Source of the DNA: Lytechinus pictus | Lineage: Eukaryota | Assembly (NCBI RefSeq): GCF_037042905.1 | Contig: NC_087251.1 | Location: 18,044,001 to 18,108,000, forward strand | Length of the DNA: 64,000 bases | Direction: 5' to 3' | Shown here: positions 14,701-26,700 of the stretch, piece after piece | Layout: each line of letters starts with the position of its first letter | How positions within the stretch are numbered: position 1 is the first letter of the stretch | Notes under the pieces: generated by a model | Databases searched by the model: none | Told to the model about the DNA's origin: nothing | Seen by the model: only the letters and a program-made list of their open reading frames with translations | Made by a program: the position numbers and the translations under genes

Positions 14701-17700
14701 CCTCAATCCTGATCATCCAAGCACTAACACATACCCTATAAATATGGTATCAAATTATTTGGGAGAAGATACTCTTTCCAGTCATATATAATGATTATGC
14801 ATTCATGACATATTTATTTTCTTCAATTGGGGATTTGTGAGGTGTCAAGCTTTTTTTACTCACACGATATCTGAGCTTATATTCCAACATTCATCCTTCA
14901 ATTTCCAATAAATGATACATCTATATTTTGCGCAAGCTGCAATCACTTCCTGTATTCATTATCCATAAGAAATATTTTCATCAATCAATAAGTCATTGTT
15001 AGAGATTTATGACATGTTAAGTTGACGTAATGATTTATGGAAACACCTGTTGTTTTTTATACACTCGAATCTAAATGACAACTATTTTTTCTTTGTTTAC
15101 AAGACTACTCAGGTGTATAGAAAGATATTCAATATCATCTTTCACCTTTATCGCCCCAACCTTTTATTCTCCTCTCAGAAACATTGTATTATACGTTGCA
15201 AATAAGTGTTCCCTCTTCTTATTTCATAGTGGACTTCAAATTATGAATACATAAATTGGAAAAAATGAATAAGAGAGACTGGGGGAAAACACAAAACAAT
15301 AAAAGACTAGCACATTTGTTATTCTGCTCTACACATGTAGTGGCTCAAGATTCACACAAATAAGACACTAAAAGTAGCAAATACCAACTTTTTGAGTGCA
15401 AATAAAGAAAATAAAAAGCCATGGTGGACTTCGAATTATGAATACATAAATTTGAAAATTGGAATAAGAGAGACTGGGGAAAAACACTAACAAAACAATA
15501 AAAGACTAGCACATTTGTTATTCTGCTCTACACATGTAATGGCTCAAGATTCACACAATAAGACACAAAAAATAGTAAATACCAACTTTTCGAGTGCAAA
15601 TAAAGAAAATAAAAAGAGAAAAAACACAAAAATTTAATAAAATAGTGCAAGTATTAATATCACAAGTACATTGCGATTAGAATAAAGTGCAAGTATTAAT
15701 ATCACAAGTACAATGCATAGTATATGGTGCACATTATGAGCAGAACACATATCTTTTGTGTAAAAGTATATCTACTGAAGTTGTACACTTGTCATACCAC
15801 TTTTGGTACAAACCATTTACTAAATAATGAACAAATATAATAAAAGCCTATCCTTGCTTTTCAAAACCGGCAACTGCAAGTGAAACTTCTAATAAAAAGT
15901 AATTCAATGATCATGAGCCTTTTAAGAACCTTTGAGGTTTAGAATAGATCTTTCTTCAAGTATCCCGAGATACTGTCATTACTGTGATAGGTACCACAAA
16001 CCTCAAGTAGTATACTTTCAACGCAGCTTACATTATAAATGCATTTTTTTTATATTGTATTTTTTTGTATTAGGGGTGGCAATGTTAAAATGATGGTAGT
16101 GATGATTGGGAAGGGGAGGATGAAAGGAACAGGGAGAGTAAGTAAGGCGTTGTGAGAGAAAAAGAGTAGATCAGACAGGTTGTGGGGGTGTATAAAGCTT
16201 AGAATTAAGATATTATACTTGAATAAGGGCTCCCATAGGTGGCAGAAAGGGCAAAAAAGGGGAGGGTAGGGGCTTAAAGAGATATGAAATAAGAACAGTC
16301 AAATGGGAAAGACAGCAAGAAAGAACCAGTAAATGCAAGATCAAGATAGAGAGGAGATGAAAAGAAAAGAAAAGTTGGAGGTATGTGAGAAAAGAGAGTG
16401 AGATAAAATTAAGAGAAAATCAAGTCCAGAAAAAAATTATGAAAAATAAAGAAAATGGAGTAAAATATAAAAAAGAAAAATCAGGGATGGCAATAACAAT
16501 AATAAAAAGTACGAAATTTATATAATTTTCTCATCCCCCCCAAAAAAAGTGTTTTTGGTGGAGGAAATTATTCAAGAAAAGTACAATAATTTGTTGTCTG
16601 AAAAACTGCATTCCTAGAATACTCTGTTTTACTTACCAACATTGGTATCATCCTTAGCTGATGTTCCAAACCAGCCAATAAACTTGTTCTCTTTGCAGAA
16701 ATGATCCAGCATGTCTGCATCTATCACTGTATCTGGCAAGTCACACTGATTAGGTAAAATGATTAACTACATCTTAATAGATCTACAGAAAATCAACATT
16801 TGTAAACTAAACTGTAAAAAAATAAAGTAAAAGTTTTGTTTTTAAAGGCCAAGTCTACCCTAACAGATCAATATGATTAATATTAAATCAAATTATAACA
16901 CTCTAAATTTCACTCAATATGGATTTGTAATACTGAAATCTTGGGTTCGAATCCAAATCAGTTGACTCGATTTTGATTGGCAAGAAATTTCTACATGATG
17001 CATTTGCACTCAACTCCTGTGTAGTGAATGGATACCTGGCAGGAATATTTATTTCTGGAAGTGCTTACAAACTGGTACTGTAGCTGGATTGGGGTGGGTG
17101 GGTATTACATAATAGTACTTCTATTGCTCACCTTATTAGCTAATAATAAAATAGGCACTGGCTGCTCGTTAGCTAACATCACTTTTTCATGCACATCTGT
17201 TGACCACTATAAGAAGCAGAGAAATCGAAAGTTAGAATGTGTGGGTATGAGTATAAGAAATATCTTGTGACATTTTTCCCTTTCTTTTTTGCATTTCAAT
17301 GCAAAGAGGTGGTCATGAAACAAACTTTTAATGAAAACTTGATTTTAAAATTGACAAGATATACAAATATTTTTAATCACTCGTGTATGGCTGAATATCG
17401 TTGCTGGTGTGATTGAAACTTGAATCTCAGATTCTTTGATTCTGAAGAATCATTTTATATCACTTTTTCAATGAGATAATCTGTCAAGTGATGTCCTATT
17501 TGGGTTCAGCTCGCCATCTTGAAAGATTAAGGCCACTGTCCCGTAACTTAGGGAAAGACCTTTGTTTGTCACTTCCTTAGAAATTTTACTTAATTTGGAT
17601 ATAATACAAGATTTTGAGTTTGACCTCCAACAGTGACATGAGAACAATACCTATCGATATGAATGTTTTATAAATTTTACAGGGAATATATAAGCATTGG

Positions 17701-20700
17701 ACATTCCTTAACTTTTATTGTTTGCAGAGTTCTCAGTTTTAAAATGTTAGAAACTTTCCTACTTTTTAGTTTGGAGGTTGTGACCTTATGGAAAATTATC
17801 AAATTATTCAAAATAGCAAGGAAAACAGACAGGGGATGAATTCTTGACCCACAGACCAAGGCAATCCTGCCTTGCCACCCAAAAATGAATACAATGATGG
17901 ATTTAGAAAGGATTTATGTACCTGATGACCTACCCATACACTGTAGATACAATGGCAGAAAGAGGATTATCTGTCCCCCCTTTGTCCAAATTGGTAAATC
18001 TACTTTCTTCTGAATGCACTGAAGTTAAATACTCATCCTTACATATAGGTTACATGTAACAATCCCATTTGCGCATGTAACATTTGACTGAGGTTAAAAG
18101 AGCCTTTCCCTTATAACATAATTAAACATGGGTTCATTTTGAAATTATTATATCAATCATCAATGTTTGGTAGATATTTGATTAATAAACCATCAATTAG
18201 TGAAGTAGCAAATCTAAAATTCATACATTTCAAAAGTTAATTCATCATCTCCTTATCATTTATTTGTAGTAAATTGAAATTCTAATACAATAGTTCGAGA
18301 GTAAAAGAACATGAAGAACCACCACTCAGAAGCTGGCAGTCAGTTTAATTAGGAAAAACGTACATTACAACAGTTTTGTTGAAAGACAGCATGCAAATGT
18401 GAAAATGCTTCACAAAGCAAGGAAACCTCTACTTTTTGTTCATATTACATGTATCTACAGTGAAGTAATCATGCCTACCTTTAATACTGAGTCAAATGTG
18501 GCAGGTCTAGAAGAAAAGAGTGACAGGTATAAGTCATGCAATATCAAGTCCTGACAATTAGAGCAATCACAGAATAGTATTCACACATGATACTGATTTT
18601 TATCCAAGTGGTTCATTAATTGCAATCATGTTATGCCAATATCACCACCCCATTGAATATACATACACCTGTAATTTTCCTAAAACAACTAATCTTTAAA
18701 AAACAAATGCCAAAAGGAAACGTTGCGTTTTTCCATTGATCAGTATTTATGTTGCAGAATTATTTAAATTTCATAATTCTGTCACAAAACATTTACCAAG
18801 AATATTACAAATTCTAGATTTCATCTTATCCCCCTGAATATTTATTACATATAATTCATTTCAATACATGTAAATGTCCTTTAATCCATTTTGAAATTGA
18901 AGTGAACACACCATGTAACAAATTCAAAGCCTTTTCTGTGTTATTCCCTCACTGATATAACTCTTTGTTGTGAAAAAATTCAATATTGGGGTTTTTGTCC
19001 ATAAACAAGGGGTATGGTACATGTAGTATCGCAAAACATTAATCTTGATAGATCAGTTATGATTTGATTAATTTTGTCCTTACAGTGATAAATTTCTTTT
19101 TTTTTAATCGTATTTTATCTTGTAGAAATGCCTCTGGCTACCATAAAAAGTTTCAAATAAATTCTTTCAATCAAATTCAATGCAAACAAAGTAATTCACA
19201 TGATAGGGCAAGTGTGCATATATACAAAGAAAATTCTGCTAGTGCATGTAAGCATGCTAGGCAACACTATAAATTTATCATGCATAGCGCAGACAAGGAT
19301 TCCACTCTTCACCCTAAAAGACCCATATCATTCATCCTACAATTCCAGAAAATAATGTAGAGCACTGTTTCAAAAACAACTGGTCTGTTTTATCAGTATT
19401 ATTTGGAGCAAAAGGATATCAAGTCACATAGATTACACCCATCTCCACAGATCTGAAGATGTGCAATTTATGACATCTAAAATCTACAATTCCAGTGAAT
19501 AACAAATTATATAAACTAATACAAACTATATACTATATTAAAAATTATAATAGACAACATAAAGAATTGTATCACATGTACTTCTAAATTAAAACAACAA
19601 TCCTTTTAATCACAAGGCATGCTAAATCTAGTGCATACTCAGGGGGTCGTTTCATAAAGCTGTTTGTAAGTTAAGAGCGACTTTAAGGACGACTAGTGAA
19701 CCCTTCTTACACGCTAAACCATCTTAACTTACTAACAGCTTTATGAAACACCCACCGGGTCACATAGATCTTACCTTGAGAGATCAAATACAATTACAGC
19801 AGCAATGCTGAAAGTGGAAGAAAATATAGATAATACCATATGGTTATAATTCTGACATCACACCAGTACAGATACATCCAACGTTATAACTGATAAAAAT
19901 TATCATGTAAATCCATAGCAATCCATGTGCATGAAAGTTACAAATAATTGCAAAGAGGGTTACAGGACCGAAGATGGATAATGGATTTAATAACTGATCA
20001 TTCTGTAATGATGGTCACTGGTTTTACTTCATCAATCTTTCATACCTGCAAAGGGTTCATCAAGGTTTGATAAATAATGGGAAAAAAATGTCAGTAAAAA
20101 AAATTCTTGCTTATAACCTATAGTACTTATAGTCACCAATACAAATAATCACTAATCTGGTGAGTCACTGACCACACATCTCTCAAATTTTTATGAATGT
20201 TAATTACTATACTAACTATTACTAAGTTGTTTGTGACATTCAAGCAAAATAATCTTGTTTTTATTTCATTTTTGAACAATTATTATAAAGGTTTAGAAAT
20301 CTAAACTAAAAGATACTGTATTCACATGTACATGTAAGCATTTTTTTCTTCTTCAGTTTATTCATATTTGCAGGAAATAATGAATGTGACACGGATATTG
20401 AATGAAAGATGGAAATGTAATCAAATCCTAGCACTTATCCTCATGATTTATGATGACGTTTAATATGATAGTAAACCTTTCAGATTTCTGAACAAATAAC
20501 CAAAGCAATCTGTTATCAACTTTTTGTAAAATCAAGGGCCTTGGACTCAAGTTTTATAGTCCAGTATCAAAATTTAGACGCATAATAGCTTTCCCCTTTT
20601 TACAGTCATTCAAAGTGAAAGAAAAATATATAACTACTGTTATGTTGTACTTACGCATATTTGTAGTATACTCTTGTCATGTGACCAAATCTCTCATGAC

Positions 20701-23700
20701 CGGCAATATCCCTGTATCACATGAATAACAAACAAACGATTTAACAAATGATGTAACCAGGAAAAGGTTACATGGTTTATAAGGGGGGGGTGTCTAACTA
20801 TTGAAAGGATGAATTAATCTCATAAAAAGGTAACTACGTCAAAGGGGAAGGCACATACAATATATGTAAATACATGTAGAGGGTCATACAGTAGTTTGCA
20901 GTTTGAAAGGGGTGCACAATGTGGCTGTGCCTCCATTCCCTTGGATCATCACCTGAATATGATTACATATTGAAATACTTGACATTATACAGATATTGGT
21001 TATTGAACTACATCTCTATTCCAAAGGTGATTTCTATTCAAGGTCATGCTTTATCATTCTGAATGTGCTTTTATAGATTACAAATGACAACAGTAATAAT
21101 AACTACTGGTACACTATGTAAAAGAAATCATCTTACCATAATTGTAAATTGACTTTAGTATTCTCATCCCAATCTAATGACTTCAAAGCAAAGTCAACAC
21201 CTATTGTTAATTTGTAGTTAGGTGAGAAGTAACCTGGATAATTGTAAAAAGAAAAATGATTTTGTGAATCTAAATTGTATTTTCTTTCCCAAGAGTACAT
21301 TTTCCAGAAGATAGAAGACACTTTTAGTAAGGAAGTTTACCCTGACATCAAGTTGCTTAATTCTCTTTACTAAAATCAGAAAAAAATTGAGAAAAATAAT
21401 TGAATATGAACAATAATTTGTAAAGTTTGATTTTGTGCTGTCATATTCAAGCAGCTGTGCCATATGTGATAATGTCATGTTAAATAATTCAATAAATTCC
21501 CTTTTCCAAATGGTTCATGAGTGAAAATAGTTTTTCTATCGAATCATGTATGAAATAATGGTCTGCAGATATATATATTCTAATGGCACCATATGATATT
21601 CAAATTACATGATATAAGAGAGATTTGGCATCACAAAACCTTAAAAACTCAACTCTACTATCTCTTTGTGGAATTTTCCCCAAAACTCGATCAATGGTTT
21701 TTCTTGTCTTTAATTTCAGCAGATTATGTATAAAAACATATTTCCTACATATATGTTTTATGCTGTCCAGTTCTTAAATGATTTTTTTTTTAAACTGCAA
21801 ATGAACATCATTAACCTTGTGTACAGGCTAAACCTATGGTTTCCTGATAGTACTACATGTAGATAGCTTCTGAAAAAGTGCTCTCTGACCATGATTGCTA
21901 TAACAATAAAACTTAGGCCTGCTATATATTTTTCACTTAATAGTGTATCAGGTATTGAGTAAAACAAGCATTATAAATGTATTACTACCACATGGCTGCA
22001 GTCTGTTTTGTATTGTTTTCTAAAGGGAAAACTCATTTAATGATAACATTATCACATTGAAATCCGCACTGAGAATCTTACAGGTTTTGCCATTTGTGAC
22101 ATTCTATGAAAAAAATAAAAATTTGATGTTTGGCGAGTGATTCCATAAATAAAATATTACTAGGCCAAATAATACAAAGCTAAAATGGGCCTTTATACTG
22201 TTTAAGAAACAACATAATGTGCTTTTAAAATAAAAACTGACCTTCAGTATATCTCCTGATGAGTGATGTCTAGATGAAGAAGAAAAATGGTATGTACAAT
22301 GAATGGTCAATTAATTAAAACCATAAATCAATCAATATCTGAATATTATTTCTTTGTAAAAATAAGCTGTAAAGTACTTGTCTACTCAATACTATTTCAA
22401 ACTGAATGTCTTTGTGAATGGATAATGATGGTACACTTAAAAGAGCCAAGTATGTTCATATGAATTTAGACTACATAAATACATTGAAAAGTTACAAATA
22501 ATTTTAGTATTGAAATACTGTTGTATGATGAATTCTGGTATCTTAAAAAATATTCTAAACTTATATTTACCTTTCCTGTGATCACAATCAATCCAAAGAT
22601 GAAATTTGCAATAAAAAGGGGAAAGAAACAAAAGATAATAATATGACAGCTATTCTAAAGTTGCATGTGAAGTGGTTGAGAATCAGTTTTTTTTCAACTG
22701 TTTTATTTTCTTCTATCACATCTTAACTACAAATGTAATAAGAAGTAAGAATAGTACCGGTACTGAAGATTTGATCTTTGTAGTATTTGTGCAAGAGCTA
22801 TCTCACATGTTAGGGAAGTTGGTCACTTTGTAAACTGGTGTGACGGACACAATCTGGTTCTTAATATCAACAAGAATAAAGAAATGGTATTTGATTCTTC
22901 TTGGCCCCATGAGCCATTACTCATTCATGACAAAAGGCTTGAGCAGGTTTCTAAATTCAAGTACCTGGTAACCAATAAGATGATAAAATTAACTGTCATA
23001 AGTACTCCCAAAACTGATGAAAGGATCTTAGCTCTCTTCTACCAATCTCAGGTACCAAGTCAGAATTCTGTGCTGCTTCTTTTAGCAGTTATATGCACAT
23101 CCTGGGGGGTGTTTCACAAAGATTTAAGTATGACTTAAGTCGCACTTAAATGCCGACGTGTACATGATATGCAACACGCGATCTTATTGATAGATACGCA
23201 GTAGTGCGCATCCTAATGACGCGATCTGACCATTGTCGTCAAGCCTTTCATACCGTACGCAACTCGGTATTATGTGTGACTCTAACTACATGTAAGTCAT
23301 ACTTAAATCTTTGTAAAACACCCCCCTGGTCGGTATGCAAATCAGGAGACTGATGATGTCATCCACTCACTATTTTTTGGGGTATTTTATTACATGTATA
23401 AGAAATATTCTAATTTTCTCCTCATTGTCAAGTGAAACAACAATTAATTCTTCGCTAAACAGTATGTGGAATTATCACTGTTCAATACTGGTTCAGTCAA
23501 GTTGTCAAATCTGTAAAAAAAATATTGTATGCCGGTAATTCAAACAATAAAAAACAAAAGAAATAGTGAGTGGGGGACATCATCATCTGTCTCATTTGCA
23601 TGTCATTGATTTGTGCATATCACTGTTTTGTGAACAATAAGTAAAACTTTAAAATGTCATAACTTTCTTATATATTACATCTGATTTTGATGAAATTTTC

Positions 23701-26700
23701 AGCAATATGCTCCATATGTTCAATTTTTCTCAATTTTTTTCAAATCAACATTTTTCTGGGGTGGACTTGACCTTTAAAGGCCAAGTCCACCCCAACAAAA
23801 AGTTGATTTTAATAAAAAGAGAAAAATCCAACAAGCATAACACTGAAAATTTCATCAAAATCGGATGTAGAATAAGAAAGTTATGACATAATAAAGTTTT
23901 GCTTAATTTCACAAAACAGTTACATGTATATGCACATCCTGGCTGGTATGCAAATGAGGAGACTATGACATCATCCACTCACTATTTCTTTTGTACTTTA
24001 TTACATGAAATATTCTAATTTTCTTCTCATTGTCAAGTGATACAACAATTAATTCCTCCCTGAACATGTGGAATTAGCATTGTTTAATACTATATGGTTC
24101 AGTCAAGTTGGTCCTTATTTTCAAATCTGTAAAAAATGAAATATTGTATAATTAAAACAATAAAAAACAAAAGAAATAGTGAGTGATGGACATCATCTAC
24201 TGAGTCACCTAGTTGTGCATATCACTGTTTTGTGAAAAATAAGTGAAACTTTAAATGTCATAACTTTCTTATTTTACATCCGATTTTGATGAAATTTCAG
24301 CACTATGCTAGTTTGATTTTTCTTTATTTATTCAAGTCAGCATTTTCCTGGGGTGGACTTGACCTTTAACTTACATATTTGCATTTGTACATTTCATTTT
24401 ATATGATAATTAACTCTGTAAAGATATCATTTACTGATAAATCTCATACAAAGAATGTTTATACTCAGGAGCTGCACTGCAAGAATATTGATTCCATTTA
24501 TGTAAGCATGCACAACAAATTTTCATTGTTAAACAAAACATAAAATATTTACAAGATAGAAGTACAGAAATTGTCAATTAAAAAAGCTCTAGTACAAAGG
24601 CCATCCCAAAATCCCAATACCAAAATCAGAAATAATACCACTACTCTCATCAGCCCCGATTAATTGTTCCTGGTGAAGGGCTTTGGGGTAAACAACTACA
24701 AAGTACTAGGTACAAATTTTCATCTAATGATAAAATAAAATAATGTTAAGCAAGGCTCCACATTAACTTTTTTTGGTGGTGGCCCGTTCGGGCCACCAAA
24801 ACCATCAAATAATTTTTTTTGGTGGCCCGATATTAAAGTTTGGTGGCCCGAAAAATATAAAGAAAAACATTAAAAATGAATAAAACAAACTTCTGAAATA
24901 TTAATTCTGCAGCCACTACCACAGCACTAAGTTACTTTCACTTTATACATCTTGTACGTAAACCTTGTTTCCTGTTATTTTACTTTGCTAATTGATCATT
25001 GTTTCTATCGTTGTAAAAATGAAATGATTGAAAGTGAATAAATGAATTGTATTGTTTGCTGGTTGTGTGGACTTTTTTTTTAAATCTCTGTATAGAGATA
25101 ATGGTAAAGTAAATAAATAGTGCATAGCAAACTCAGATAGATGTACAAAACAATGGTTTTTCCTTCCTTCCTCTTTGAATCCTAAAACCTAGATTATGCA
25201 TGCCCCAAATCCAGTTTATTTCTGTTTTCTCTTTTGCAGCATATTATAGAAGGAGAAAATCACAGAAAAATATGCTGCAAAATTAGAACAATGCATAAAA
25301 GGGGGAAACAAACAAAAATAATTTTCAAAAAGTATATTACAAAAAGAAAACAAAAATAATAAAAGAAATTAAGTGAAATAAAACAAAAGAAAGAAAATGA
25401 AGAAAGAAAAAAACAAAGAACAGGGAAAAAAAGAAAAAAGAAAAGAAAAAAATTAGAGAAAAAAGGAAAGAAAATGAAAGAAAAATTAATAAAACAAAGT
25501 TAATATAAAAAAGGGGAAAATTAAGAAGCCATGACATATATTTTTTAACAGCTGTGGCAACAGTCTATTCTGACTGGAATATAATTAAAAGCCAAGCAAA
25601 TAATTTTCACTTACCTTTTGGGAATGGCACATTTCGATTTTTATATCCTTTAGTTTGTATTATTTTATTTTCAGTAGAAACATATTTTTTTATCAGGCAT
25701 ATTCAATGGGAAGGGGTATAAATGGTTTTAACCACTGTAAAAAAAAATGAAAGAAAAAAAAATAAGAAAACGGCAAAAATTATATCTGGAAAAAAAGTGT
25801 GAGAAAAGTCCTTCCCTATATTTGCCAAAATGTTGGGAAAAAAAAATCACATTTCATATCAATGAAATGCCTTCCCAAAGTATTTACTTTCTCAAGAGTG
25901 GTTTAAGAAGTCATTTATAAACAAGAAAGAAAGAAACTGTCTGTTTGTTTTTGGCTAGAAAATACACAGCTTCGAAAGAAACCAAGTATCAACATACATA
26001 CAAATGCACACGTGGGACTGTGATGTACTTGCCTATGTGTTTTTATGTGTATTCATTCATGTGGAAATCGGTCTTTTTGAGTCAAAAGAGAGGTCATAAT
26101 TCCTCTTCTTAAGACTAAATTATCAGGGTACACCAGATTTTCGTAATATAGACTGTAGAATTGCATTTCATTGGTGTAAAATGTGACTTTGACTTAGATT
26201 TTCAAAGTTCTGTGGAAGATTTCTCAGCAGCAACATTTTTTATCGCAGCTCCCTGAGTCTGAATAGGCTGAGCTAGATATTAGAGCACAGGGGCCCGTTT
26301 CTCAACACCGTCATAAGTCTAACTTCTTGACTAAATCAGAGATAGTGAGCTACTTGTCCGCTAACCGTTTCACAAAGCCCTCTTTACCAAGATCGGGTAC
26401 AACAACCTCACTAAATATTTATGACACCTCCGAACCTGTCTTAACTTCTTTCTTAATGACGTAGTGGCATCACGTGGGTAGACTATGACATGCGAAAGTG
26501 CCTAGAAATTTTAAAATTATAATCTTACGTAATCAATCATAGTGGTTGAAATTACATCACAAAACAAGTGGGTTAATGCATTCAATGATAATTGTAATAC
26601 AAAGAAACTATAAAAACTGTTGGTAAACGCCACAAAACCATTCATTTTGAAATAAGTAAAATGATTTAATCTAAAAAGATTCTACCACGTCAGGCCATCC

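Noticed and set aside
25610..25630. Strong minus-strand donor AAAG|GTAAGT as an alternative source of the P-loop Lys
   Set aside because: It lies inside a transposon and has no AG acceptor giving a GNAAR exon; the 22571-22575 site fits exactly.
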